Shown here: in pieces, positions 19,882 through 33,549 of the stretch | Layout of the letters: every line of letters begins with the position of its first letter | Numbering within the stretch: the first letter of the stretch is position 1 | From: an uncultured delta proteobacterium | Lineage (GTDB): Bacteria > Myxococcota_A > Polyangia > Polyangiales > Polyangiaceae | Direction: 5' to 3' | Length of the DNA: 64,000 nt | Assembly: GCA_963806225.1 (NCBI GenBank) | Contig: CAWDXG010000004.1 | Coordinates: 3,040,001-3,104,000, forward strand | Notes under the pieces: generated by a model | Databases searched by the model: none | What the model saw: the letters and a program-made list of their open reading frames with translations, nothing else | What the model was told of the DNA's origin: nothing | Translations under genes and position numbers: made by a program

Positions 19882-21075
19882 GTGAGCACCGAGAAGGACG
19901 CCGCCAGCTCGACGGAATCCGTCCACGCCGGCACCGACACGAAGCGCCCGCACCACACGCTGGCCGGCGGTATCGCCCAGACGGCAACCTACACGTTCGA
20001 CAGCACGGCCGACCTGGAGCGCTACATGCGGGGCGAGGACCCGGACCCGGAGCGCGAGGAGTACGGGCGCTACGGCAACCCGACCGTGCGCGAGCTGGAG
20101 CGGCGCCTGGCAGCGCTCGAAAGCGCCGACGATGCGGTCGCGTTCGCCAGCGGGATGGCCGCGATCAGCACAGCGGTGCTGGCGCTGGTCAAGGCCGGGG
20201 ATCACATCGTGCTGTTCCGCGACTGCTACCGGCGCACCCGCCAGCTGGTCACGGGCACACTGTCACGCCTCGGCATCGAACACAGCATCGTGCCACCCGG
20301 CGATCTCGTGGCGCTGGACAAGGCGATCCGGGACAACACGCGGCTCGTTCTCAGCGAATCACCGACCAATCCGTTCTTGTACTGCGTCGACCTGGAGAAG
20401 CTCGCGGAAGTCGCCCGCTCGCACGGTCGCATCCGCACCATCGTGGATGCGACGTTCGCGACACCGGTGAACTGCCGACCTGCCACGTTCGGAGTCGACC
20501 TGGTCGTACACAGCGCCACCAAGTACCTGAGCGGGCACAACGACGTGCTCGGCGGACTGGTGGCGGGGTCAAGCTCGCTGACCTCGCTCGTGCGCGACGC
20601 GCGGGGCGTGCTCGGCGGCGTTCTTGATCCGCACGCCGCGTTCCTGATCGGCCGTGGCCTGAAGACACTCGGCGTGCGCGTCGAACGCCAGAACAGAACC
20701 GCTCTTGCCGTCGCCCGCATGCTCGAAAAGCAGCCAGCGGTGAGCCGCGTGTACTACCCGGGGCTGGAGAGCCACCCGTCGTTCAGAGTCGCCCGCGCGC
20801 AGATGCACGGCGGTGGCGGCGTGGTGAGCTTCGTCGTCAACGGCGGGCGGGAAGCGGCATCACGCGTTGTCGATCGCTGTACGATCGCGCGCATCGCTCC
20901 GTCGCTGGGCGGCGTCGAGACACTCGTCGAGCAGCCCGCAATCATGAGCTACTTCGAGCTCGGCGATGAACAGCTGGCCGAGCTCGAGATCGACCCTGCG
21001 CTGATCCGCCTGGCTGTGGGCATCGAGGACGCCGACGACCTGATCGCGGACCTGACGCAGGCCCTCCAAGGCTGA
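19882..21075 (+). CDS. metB: Cystathionine gamma-synthase (Cys/Met PLP family, plant-like)
   Basis: YGRYGNPT, ESPTNP, HSATKYLSGHNDV (PLP lysine), SLGGVETLVEQPAIMSY. Confidence 0.8.
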   Translation: MSTEKDAASSTESVHAGTDTKRPHHTLAGGIAQTATYTFDSTADLERYMRGEDPDPEREEYGRYGNPTVRELERRLAALESADDAVAFASGMAAISTAVLALVKAGDHIVLFRDCYRRTRQLVTGTLSRLGIEHSIVPPGDLVALDKAIRDNTRLVLSESPTNPFLYCVDLEKLAEVARSHGRIRTIVDATFATPVNCRPATFGVDLVVHSATKYLSGHNDVLGGLVAGSSSLTSLVRDARGVLGGVLDPHAAFLIGRGLKTLGVRVERQNRTALAVARMLEKQPAVSRVYYPGLESHPSFRVARAQMHGGGGVVSFVVNGGREAASRVVDRCTIARIAPSLGGVETLVEQPAIMSYFELGDEQLAELEIDPALIRLAVGIEDADDLIADLTQALQG

Positions 21076-21284
21076 ACGCTTGCTCCGCCATCGGTAGCCA
21101 CCACGACGCAGTCGCAACGCGGGTCACCCGGACTTTCCAAGGAAAAGCCCCGGAGGCGACGCCAGGCGCGCACCTACGGGAACCCGTGGCGCCAATGTAG
21201 GTGCGGTGTCGAACGGCAACCGGTCCACCCGGGAGCGTTTGCTCCGGCCGAACCCGCGATATATAGCTGACCGGGAGGGGTTGA

Positions 21285-22174
21285 ATGCGACTACGAACCT
21301 GGTTCTTGCGCGACGTGGTGGATGCCATCGAACGCGAGCACACCGGTGGCGTACAGGACCGGCTGAAGGCACGTTTGCCGGAGCGGCTCGCCGAGCACCT
21401 CGACAGCGGCCGCCTGCGCGACGCAGCGCCTACCGACACCATCTCGCTGGACGATGGCGAAGAGCTGCTTCTGGCCGTCGACTCGGCTCTGGGCAACGGC
21501 TCGGGCCGCGTGCTCGAAGAGGCCGCGCTCGGCCTGGCAACGCGCGTGCTGTCGCAGGGGGGCGGCGTCGCGGTCATCGGAGATCTGCTCGGCACCATGC
21601 GCCGCATGCGCGCTCCGCTGGAGCGCCCATTCGTGGACGTCGATCTCGTGTTCGAGCTGACGGAGACCGATACCGGCTTCTCCTTGACGCTGGGGATCGC
21701 CGGGCGCCCACGCTCGGCGCGCATGCTCCGGCATCTCGGTGTCGGCACCATCCGCGCCGCCCACCGCTTCAGTCGCGAGACGGACGACGGCGACTTCAAG
21801 CTGTACGCCGAGGTGAGCGCTGACAGAGCCAACATCTCCGCTCGCTATCGCCAGCCAGTCTCGCAGCCCGGCACGCACGAGGAGGCGCCGACGCCCAGCC
21901 GCCGCCCGTCGCGAAAGGCACGGTCGGTCACCCAGCCGCGGCTCGCGGACGAGGTCGAGCGCATCCTCGGGCACGGTGCGAGCGCGCCTCCGCCGGCAGA
22001 CGAGGTGCGCCGACGTCCGTCGACGATGCCGCCGCCACGTACGTCGTTGGTGGCCGATGTTTCGCCGCCTTCAGTTCCACCCGTGCACTCGCCGAGCGGC
22101 GTGCGGGCCCGGGGGATGATCGACCAGGACGAGACAGGCCCCGCCGACCCCGAAAGTGGCACGGGAAGCTCCGG

Positions 22175-22178
<4 letters not shown>
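21285..22178 (+). CDS. Hypothetical protein, possible H-NOX/V4R-like fold plus a Pro/Ser-rich tail
   Basis: GGAGG upstream; ~190-aa helical then alpha/beta region; low-complexity C-terminus. Confidence 0.6.
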
Positions 22179-23905
<1,727 letters not shown>

Positions 23906-23962
23906 GGAATGGAAATAGCGCCACAAGCGGCGCTTGCCCAGGGCCGAGCGCGGCGGGCGCTC

Positions 23963-24463
23963 CTAGCAGCCCGAAACGCTGATCCACGCGCTGCGGAGCG
24001 GGATCGAGCGCCCGCCGCCGAGCGTGTCCGTCACGGTTCCGGCGATGACGACCTGGCCTGCGCACAGATTGGCCTTGTCGCTGGCAGACAGCAGCACGGA
24101 ACCGTCGACGGTGAACGCGATGTTCTTCGTCTGTCCGACGCCGACGCTGACCGTACCTGGATCCGGTCCCACCTTCAGCGGCGCCAGCAACGTATCGTTG
24201 CTGTTTGCGCCCACGAGCGAAAAGCTCTCGACTGTCACATGGGTCCCCTGGGAGGCGTAGTCGCCGAGCTTCAACATCAGCGTGAACCCCCCGCCGAGTT
24301 GCGTGCCCAGCGCCAGGTCCTTCACCGATAGACTCGCGCTTTCGATGTGCGCGTCCAGCGAGACGCTCTGCTTGCTCCCGCATCCGCTCGCGCTGGCCAC
24401 CAGCCCCAGTAGAAGCGCGGGCCCCAGGCGCCCGGACGCCCTCTTTTGCAGCTTTGCCGACAT
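23963..24463 (-). CDS. Hypothetical lipoprotein (single beta-sandwich)
   Basis: Lipobox ASGC; beta-strand-rich body; TATGCT 6 nt before ATG. Confidence 0.65.
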   Translation of the reverse strand: MSAKLQKRASGRLGPALLLGLVASASGCGSKQSVSLDAHIESASLSVKDLALGTQLGGGFTLMLKLGDYASQGTHVTVESFSLVGANSNDTLLAPLKVGPDPGTVSVGVGQTKNIAFTVDGSVLLSASDKANLCAGQVVIAGTVTDTLGGGRSIPLRSAWISVSGC

Positions 24464-24469
24464 TCGGCG

Positions 24470-24496
24470 AGCATACCGCACCTGGCGCGCTATCCT
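24470..24496. promoter_or_regulatory. Back-to-back -10 hexamers for two divergent, apparently leaderless genes
   Basis: TATGCT (-, 24475-24470) and TATCCT (+, 24491-24496), each exactly 6 nt from a start codon. Confidence 0.55.
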
Positions 24497-24502
24497 CGCC
24501 CC

Positions 24503-26116
24503 GTGCGTGCTCGACCCCGACGAGCAGCAACCGTCGCCGCGCTGGCGGGGTGGCTTTCCATGACCGCAGGCTGCAGTCCGCGGACTTCGCTGCCCGCGGC
24601 GGTCCCGCCTCCAGCGTCGGGGCCGACGCGCGTGACGCGCCGCACACCGCCGGTCGCGACAGCTTCCAGCCCGGCTGCGCCGCCGCACGCCGCGCACGCG
24701 GCGCCCGCTCCTCCCAAGCCCGCACCGCCCCCTGTGCGTCATCTCGGCGCGATCGGGACGGCCGCGCCGACGGTGTTCGAAGCCGCTGGCAGCGACGGGA
24801 GCTGGGTCGCACTGTGCCAGGCCCGCCGCGACACGAACGGCGACGGACACGTCGCCGTCGATGTCGGCAAGCGCGGCAAGCTGTCAGGCGATCGCATGCA
24901 GAGCTACCTGGTGCTCGGCGACGGCGACGGCGAGGCGATCGACGAACTCGCAGCGTACGATCCGACCGGGCGCTGGCTGGTTGTCATGCAGCACGGCCGG
25001 CCGGTGCTGATCGACAGCCGCTCGGGCAAGCGCCTCGATCTGGGCGCGCTCGGAGCCGACGCACGGGACGACGCCCTGCCCTACCGCCAGCACCGGGTGC
25101 TGTCCTTCGACGCGGGCGGCACGCGCCTTCTGTACGCAAGGCGGAAGGCGGGCAAGACGCGAGTGGTCGTGCGCGACCTCGTGAGCGGTGCCGAAACGCT
25201 CGTGGATCCGGGGCCGGGAAGGCTCTGGCGCGCCCGGCTCAGCCCTGACGGCTCGCAGGTCGTGCTGCGCATGATCGTCGACGACACGAACAAGAACGGG
25301 AAGCTCGATTGGCCGGTGCCGGCACGCAAGAACAACCCGTGGCGCTGCCAAGGTCCCATCGCTACCTACCCGAGCTGGCTGTCCCGCGGGGACGAGCCTA
25401 CGGTCAAGGTCGCGCCGAGCTCGGGCGGCAGCGCCAAGGTGGTGCCCGGATTTGCCGATCCTTTCGGTCGCTCGCTGCTCGTGCGTGACGCCAACGGACG
25501 GCTGAACCTGGCGCACGATTCGGGCGACCCGGAAAAGCTCGCAGACGACAAATGCGGCGCCCGCGTGCTGCACGCCGACGCTACGCGCGGGCTCGTCCTG
25601 GTGGCCTGCTCGGCGCCCAGAGGTCGCAGCCCGCTCGCCCTCGTGGGGGCCGGATATCACCAGGACCTCAAGGCGGACCTCGCGGCTGCGCCTCCAGATC
25701 GCTGGCCCGCCGGCAGCTCCCGGCTTCTGGCGCTCTATCCCGGAGCCGATACCGCGCTTCTGGATCTCGACACCAGGAAGCTCTCGCTCCTGCATCGCGG
25801 TGACCGGGTGATCGCGACTTCGGGCGCTCGTGCTCTAGTGCAGCGCGGGCGACGGCTCGTGATCCACGACGTGGACAGCGCCCGCGAGCGCGTCATCGAG
25901 GGGCGCACCGACCGGCTTCCCGACGCGCGGGCAACGGGCCGCTTCGCTGTGGTCGCGCCGCTGGTGGTCGACCTCGGAGCGGGCAAGCTGCTCGGCAAGG
26001 TCAGCGGCCGTCCGCTCGCCGTGTCCAGCGCCGGGCTCGTGCTGGTCGCCCAGGGACGGCAGGCCCGGGCCCACCAGCTTTCGCTCGGACCACTGCGCTG
26101 GGTCGAGCCCCGATAG
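24503..26116 (+). CDS. Hypothetical lipoprotein, beta-propeller-like
   Basis: GTG at 24503; lipobox TAGC; Pro-rich linker; blade-like YDPTGRW, FDAGGTRL, LSPDGSQV; DTNGDG and DTNKNG Ca-type loops. Confidence 0.65.
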   Translation: MRARPRRAATVAALAGWLSMTAGCSPRTSLPAAVPPPASGPTRVTRRTPPVATASSPAAPPHAAHAAPAPPKPAPPPVRHLGAIGTAAPTVFEAAGSDGSWVALCQARRDTNGDGHVAVDVGKRGKLSGDRMQSYLVLGDGDGEAIDELAAYDPTGRWLVVMQHGRPVLIDSRSGKRLDLGALGADARDDALPYRQHRVLSFDAGGTRLLYARRKAGKTRVVVRDLVSGAETLVDPGPGRLWRARLSPDGSQVVLRMIVDDTNKNGKLDWPVPARKNNPWRCQGPIATYPSWLSRGDEPTVKVAPSSGGSAKVVPGFADPFGRSLLVRDANGRLNLAHDSGDPEKLADDKCGARVLHADATRGLVLVACSAPRGRSPLALVGAGYHQDLKADLAAAPPDRWPAGSSRLLALYPGADTALLDLDTRKLSLLHRGDRVIATSGARALVQRGRRLVIHDVDSARERVIEGRTDRLPDARATGRFAVVAPLVVDLGAGKLLGKVSGRPLAVSSAGLVLVAQGRQARAHQLSLGPLRWVEPR

Positions 26117-26119
26117 CGG

Positions 26120-26995
26120 TCAGGACGAGAACAGGGATTTGAAGGCTTGCAGCATCCCGCGCACCCGCACGAAGCGACGCGCGGGGTCGATGGCGAGCAC
26201 CTGCTTCACCCAGTCGTCAACGTCGGGCGGCAGGTCCGGTCGCTTGGCACGCAGGCTCGGCCGTTCAGCGCGGGTCGCCAGTCGCAGCATCTTCTCCAGG
26301 CCATCGGCCGCGAACGGCGGCTCGCCCGCCAGCGCCCGGTACATCACGGCGCCAAGAGCGTACACGTCGATCCGCTGGTCGAGCTTGCCGCCCTGCCACG
26401 CCTCGGGAGCGATGTAGCTGGGCGAGCCGGCGATGAAGCCGTCGTGCGTAAAGCTGCGCAGCCGCATGAACTTGGCGAGCCCGAAATCGAGCAGGCGAAC
26501 CCCGCCGCCGCGCGCCGGATCGATGACGAAGATGTTCGCCGGCTTGATGTCGCGGTGCACGATGCCCTGCGCGTGGGCGGCTTCCAGCGTCTCGACCACC
26601 GGACCGATCAGCTCGAGCAGAGCGCCGACCGGAAGCCGGCCGCCGCCGGCTTCGATGCCGCGGAGGTGGTCGTCCAGGTCCTGACCGTTAAGGAACTCCA
26701 TCACGAGACACAGTGCGCCGTCGCTCGTCCACAGCTGATCGAGCACGCGCACCGCCGCCGTACCGCCGAGATTCGCCAGCGCGTGTGCTTCGCGGAACAT
26801 GCGTTCGCGCCACTCGGGCTCGGCGGCGACGGTGTCGTTCAGCACCTTGATCGCGACCAGATCGTGATCGCGCACGTCCTCGGCGCGATAGACCATGCCC
26901 TGACCACCCCGGTCGATCAGGTCGGTCAGGCGGTAGCGCCCACCGATGAGCTCGCCGCTCCTGTCCCGCGTGGGCCTGTTCGTCGCGGGCTGCAT
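26120..26995 (-). CDS. Ser/Thr protein kinase, kinase domain only
   Basis: GGQGMVY, VAIK, HRDIKPAN, DFG, YIAPE; no TM segment. Confidence 0.92.
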   Translation of the reverse strand: MQPATNRPTRDRSGELIGGRYRLTDLIDRGGQGMVYRAEDVRDHDLVAIKVLNDTVAAEPEWRERMFREAHALANLGGTAAVRVLDQLWTSDGALCLVMEFLNGQDLDDHLRGIEAGGGRLPVGALLELIGPVVETLEAAHAQGIVHRDIKPANIFVIDPARGGGVRLLDFGLAKFMRLRSFTHDGFIAGSPSYIAPEAWQGGKLDQRIDVYALGAVMYRALAGEPPFAADGLEKMLRLATRAERPSLRAKRPDLPPDVDDWVKQVLAIDPARRFVRVRGMLQAFKSLFSS

Positions 26996-27035
26996 GGCCG
27001 CGACAGTCTACCACCCGCGCCCGCCCGCTCCCGCG

Positions 27036-28365
27036 CTACTTCGTGAAGACGGTCACGTCGGCCGACAACCCGGCGCGCATCGGCTCGTCGGGCGCACGGT
27101 CCCACGACAGACGCACCGGTACGCGCTGCACCACCTTGACGAAGTTGCCGGAAGCGTTGTCGGGCGGGAGCAGCGCGAAGCGCGCCCCCGTCGCACCGGA
27201 GAGGCTCTCGACACGCGCGCTGAACTTCTTTCCCGGATAGGCATCGAGCTTGATCTCGGCCTTCTGGCCAGCGCGGATGCGCGCGAGCTGGGTCTCCTTG
27301 AAGTCGGCGACAATGTACGTCTCGTTCGGCACGAACTCGGCCACGGGCTGCCCGGGCTGGACCAGTTGGCCTTGGTGCACCGACAGCTTCGACACGAGAC
27401 CGTCCGCAGGTGCGGTGATGTGCGTGTACGACAGCTGCAGCTTGACCAGACCGAGAGCTGCCTTGGTCGATTTCACGCGAGCGTGCGCAAGCTTGGCGTT
27501 GGCCTCGGCCACCGCGATCTGCGAATCGATCGGCTTGCTCTGGTCCAGCCGCCCCTGGGCCTGGGCCACCTGGCTCAGCGCAACCTGCTTGCCCTGTTTG
27601 GCGGCGGTGAGCTGGGCCTGGGCCAGAGCGACGGCCGCCTGGGCCGAGTCGTCGGCGGCCTGGGCATTATCGAGCTGCTGCTGCGGCACAGCGTTGCTCT
27701 TCAAGAGCTCAGCGCACGCGCGCGAGATCCAGTGCGGTGCGATGGGCCTGGGCCTTGGCGCGCTTCAGCGCGGCCTCGCCCGCCTCCACCTGGGCCTGGG
27801 CGCTCTGCACCTGCTCGGAAGAGCCGGAGACCATGGCCTTCGCAGTAGTGAGCCCACCCTTCGCGCTGGCTTCGGCCACCTTCGCCTGGTTGTCGGCGGC
27901 AACGGCCTGCGCTTCGGCTGTCTCCACCTGGGCTTCGGCCTGCTGCACCTTGGCCCGGAAGTCGGCGTCGTCGAGCTCGACCAGAAGCTGCCCCTTCTTC
28001 ACCTTCTGGTTGTCCTTGATGTGCACGCGCAGCACCTGTCCGCCGACGCGGGCGCCGATGGGCACGATGTCCGCCTCGACCTGGGCGTCGTCGGTCGACT
28101 CCTGACCCGCGGTCAGGACGAGGTATCCGCCGATGACGGCGAGCACGACCAGTGCGAGCCCGGCAAGGACCACGAAGGGGCTGCGGCGCTTGCGGCGGCG
28201 CGAGGCGGACCTTTTCTCCGGCGTGCCCGCGTCGACCGCGGAGCCCGGCTCCGCAGCGGTCTCTGCGTCGCCGCCGGGCGAGGACGTCGGCTCTTCGAGA
28301 GGGGCCGATGCCGGAGGAGCGCCGTGGACGGGACGTTCATCCGGGCGGGGAGAGGACTGTGCCAT
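27036..28365 (-). CDS. EmrA/HlyD-family membrane fusion protein; frameshift near 27710
   Basis: TM anchor; ESTDDAQV; ITAPADG; FKETQL; LLPPDNASGNFVKVVQRVPV. Confidence 0.9.
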
Positions 28366-28369
28366 TTTC

Positions 28370-29995
28370 TCAAAGCTCCATCGGTTCGTTGTGCGGCGGT
28401 TTGGCGACCTTCGTCCGCTCCTGCTTCAGGAACAGAAGGACCGGCAACGCCATCAGAAATAGAGCGCCGGCCAGCAGGAACACTTTCTCGAAAGCGAGCA
28501 TCATGGCCTGGCGGGAAATCGTGAATCCGAGCGCGCTCCGCGCCGCCACGGCGGCGCTGTCGCGGTCGAAGCCGTGCATCTGCAGCATGCCCTGGACGTT
28601 GTGCATGTAGCCCATCACCGTCGGGCGGGTCTCGGTGATGTGCGACGCGAGGCTCGACTGCGCCTGGTCAGCGTAGCGCGTCAGAAGGGTGGCGAACACG
28701 GCGAGCCCCACCGACCCGCCGATCTGGCGGATCAGACCGAAAAGCCCGGTCGCCTCGGTGAGCTTGTGCCGCGGGACACTCATGAACGCCACCGTACTCA
28801 GCGGGACGAACAGGCAGCTGAAGCCGACGCCCTGGAACAGAATGGCGCCGATGATCTGCCCGTAGCCCGTGGCCAGCGTGAACTTGCTCATCAGGAAGGC
28901 GCCGACCGAGACCATGATCACGCCAAAACCGATGATCAGCCGGGGGGAGACCGAGTTGTAGAAGCGCCCCACGATGGGTGTTGCCAACATCATGATCAAC
29001 ACGCGTGGCACGACCGTCACTCCGGCGTCGAACGCCGAGAAGCCCAACAGCTCCTCCATGAACACCGGCAGGAGGAACATGCTCGCCATCAGCATCGCGA
29101 ACATGATCATGGCGACCAGGGTCCCCGACAGGAACACCGGGTCCTTGAACAAGCGCAGGTTCACCGCCGGGACGGGCGCGGTCAGCTCCCGGATGGCGAA
29201 TGCGGCCAGCGCGAAGACGGCGACGAGCAGGCAACCGACGATCACGCGGGAGTTGAACCAATCGTCGCGCTGGCCTTCCTCGAGCAGGTACTGGAGCGCG
29301 GCCAGGCCCACGCACAGAAGCCCGATGCCCGCCCAGTCCATGTTCTTCTTCTGCTTCTCGGCCATTGCGTGGTTCGCCGCGCGGATGTCCTCAGGCTCCG
29401 GCACGAAACGCGACACCATGAACAGCCCGAGCAGACCAACCGGGATATTGACGTAGAAGATCCAGGGCCAGCTGTAGTGGTCGACGATGTAGCCGCCGAG
29501 CGTCGGACCGATGGCGGGACCGATCATGACGGCCATACCGAACATGGCCATCGCCATGCCCTGCTCCTCGGGCGGAAAGGTCTGCCGGAGGATCGCCGAC
29601 TCTGTCGGCTGCAACGCGCCCGCGCCGAAGCCCTGCAGCACCCGGAACGCGACGAGGGTCTCCAGGCTGCGCGCCATGCCGCACAGCGCCGAGCCGACCA
29701 GGAAGAGGCCCAGGCAGAACATGTAGAAGCGCTTCTGCCCGAAGAAGCGTCCCATGAACGCCGTCAGCGGCATGATCAGCACGTTGGCGATCACGAAACC
29801 TGTGGTGATCCAGGTAATCTGCTCGATGCTGGCGCCGACGGCTCCACGGATGTGCGGAATCGCCACGTTGACGATCGACGAGTCGATCGTACCCATCAAG
29901 GTGCCGAACGTCACGCTGACCGTGACCAGCCACTTGTTGACGGGCACCTCGACCGAAGCGGGGCGGACGGCGCCGGGCAGCGCGGCGCTCGTCAT
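28370..29995 (-). CDS. DHA2 (EmrB/QacA) MFS efflux pump
   Basis: IDSSIVNVAIP, RVLQGFGAG, GPAIGPTLGG, WPWIFYVNIPVG; about 14 TM helices. Confidence 0.93.
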   Translation of the reverse strand: MTSAALPGAVRPASVEVPVNKWLVTVSVTFGTLMGTIDSSIVNVAIPHIRGAVGASIEQITWITTGFVIANVLIMPLTAFMGRFFGQKRFYMFCLGLFLVGSALCGMARSLETLVAFRVLQGFGAGALQPTESAILRQTFPPEEQGMAMAMFGMAVMIGPAIGPTLGGYIVDHYSWPWIFYVNIPVGLLGLFMVSRFVPEPEDIRAANHAMAEKQKKNMDWAGIGLLCVGLAALQYLLEEGQRDDWFNSRVIVGCLLVAVFALAAFAIRELTAPVPAVNLRLFKDPVFLSGTLVAMIMFAMLMASMFLLPVFMEELLGFSAFDAGVTVVPRVLIMMLATPIVGRFYNSVSPRLIIGFGVIMVSVGAFLMSKFTLATGYGQIIGAILFQGVGFSCLFVPLSTVAFMSVPRHKLTEATGLFGLIRQIGGSVGLAVFATLLTRYADQAQSSLASHITETRPTVMGYMHNVQGMLQMHGFDRDSAAVAARSALGFTISRQAMMLAFEKVFLLAGALFLMALPVLLFLKQERTKVAKPPHNEPMEL

Positions 29996-30639
29996 GGGTT
30001 CTTGCGGGCTCCGTTGAGGAAGATATCGACCAGCTGCGGCGCACGCTGGACGAGCGAGCCGGGCGGGTTCGTCTCGTACAGCGTGCGTACCAGCACTCCC
30101 CTCAACATGCCCATGAGCAACGCGGGATAGAGCGCCGCGCATTCGGGACGCAGCCGCCCCGTCGCAAGCCCCCGCTCCACGAGCGCTTCGAAGCGGGAAT
30201 AGAGAACGCGCATCGTCTCGCGCGGGCGCATCGCCGCCGGCATGGCCTGGGCATCGCGCGCGTGCTCGCCTTCCATCAGGATCGACAGGAAGCGCTGGTG
30301 CGCTTCGAAATGCGCGAGCAGCGTGCGCAGCACGGCCTCGAGCTGGGCAGCGAAGGGCTCGCCGGAGTGCTCGGCCAGCACCTGGTCAAGCTGCCCCACG
30401 AGGTCCTTCCTGCGCGAGTCGATCAGCGCGGCCAGGAGCGCACTCTTGTCGGAGAAGTAGTTGTACAGGGTGCCCACCGACACACCCGCGCGCCCCGCGA
30501 TCTCGTCCATGCGGGTCGCGTGCAGACCGCTTTCGGCGAAGGCTTCTTCCGCGGCTTCGAGGATCGCCGAGGAGGTGGCCTCGCGCAGCCGATCCCGCAG
30601 GCGCTGGGGGTGAGGTTCAGTATTTGAACCTGAGTTCAT
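29992..30639 (-). CDS. TetR/AcrR-family regulator
   Basis: ILEAAEEAFAESGLHATRMDEIAGRAGVSVGTLYNYFSDK. Confidence 0.92.
   Translation of the reverse strand: MNSGSNTEPHPQRLRDRLREATSSAILEAAEEAFAESGLHATRMDEIAGRAGVSVGTLYNYFSDKSALLAALIDSRRKDLVGQLDQVLAEHSGEPFAAQLEAVLRTLLAHFEAHQRFLSILMEGEHARDAQAMPAAMRPRETMRVLYSRFEALVERGLATGRLRPECAALYPALLMGMLRGVLVRTLYETNPPGSLVQRAPQLVDIFLNGARKNP
30613..30638. promoter_or_regulatory. Candidate TetR operator: overlapping inverted repeats over the tetR start
   Basis: AGGTTCA-gtatt-TGAACCT (30613-30631) and TGAAC-ctga-GTTCA (30625-30638). Confidence 0.6.
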
Positions 30640-30758
30640 AAGTTGGCGTGGATCCCTAGAGCCAACCTTGAGCTCGCGCAAGAGCAGAGACGCTGCGCAG
30701 CACGCAACAGCCCGGATCTACACTGTTCTGGCGCGGCGGGCGGCCAGCTGCCGGGGCA

Positions 30759-31293
30759 CTATCCCGGGCGGCGCGAGCTCGGCACCCGCCCGGCCGCCAC
30801 CGAGGCCGGCCCCGCGTCGAGCTCGTCGAGCAGGCGGCCCCAGCTGACGCCATTGTCCACGCCAAGCATGCGGGCGATTTCCACCAGGGCGTCTTCTTCT
30901 TCTTTCGTCACGCCCGTGGGGACGTTCGAGCGCATGCCCCGAGGCCCTCGCGATCGACTCGCAGTGCACGAGTAGATCGTGGAGCTCTTCCGGGTGGACC
31001 AGCGGCTCGCCGTCTTCGGCCTGCGCCAGGTAGAACAGATCCTTCATTCCCTCGTTGAAGTACTCCCTGGTCGGCCGCTCGAAGAGCCAGCCGTCGAGGA
31101 TCGACAGTCCCGTGGGGCCCAGGTGGAAGCGCGTCTTGGCAATTTCGTCGATGCGCTCGATCTCCGCGTCGTCCATGTGCCCGTCCGCCCACGCGACGTA
31201 CACGAGCGGCAGCAGCATCAACACCCGATACGTCTCGGCGGTGAAGCCAAGTGATTTCAACGAATCCTTGAGTGTGTTGTCGATCGAGAACAC
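30759..31293 (-). CDS. TerB-like protein; frameshift near 30930
   Basis: VYVAWADGHMDDAEIERI...SIARASG...VTKEEEDALVEIARMLG, i.e. both TerB-like A.ADG/E motifs. Confidence 0.6.
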
Positions 31294-31340
31294 GCTGGCA
31301 GCCCTCGCCCTCCAATGTCCGGCCTGCGCCGCGCCGGGCG

Positions 31341-33341
<2,001 letters not shown>

Positions 33342-33549
33342 GACAAGCCCTCCAAAGCAGAAAAAGCCAAGGAAATCCACGCCTCCGAGGCTCGGCCGGA
33401 CGCTACCACCAGCCAATTTGCGGTGTCAACGCGGGGACCGGGTCCACGTGGGGTCCGGGAGCGGAGACGGCACCCGCCACGGGCCGATGGGCATTTGCGG
33501 GGACGCGCGCGTTCTCTACGGCGCTGCTCCTGTTAGGCTTGCCGGCGCC

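Noticed and set aside
27185..27215. SLSGAT in the EmrA-like protein as an ApbE flavinylation site
   Set aside because: It corresponds to the ordinary conserved EmrA segment before FALLP and lacks the upstream Asp.
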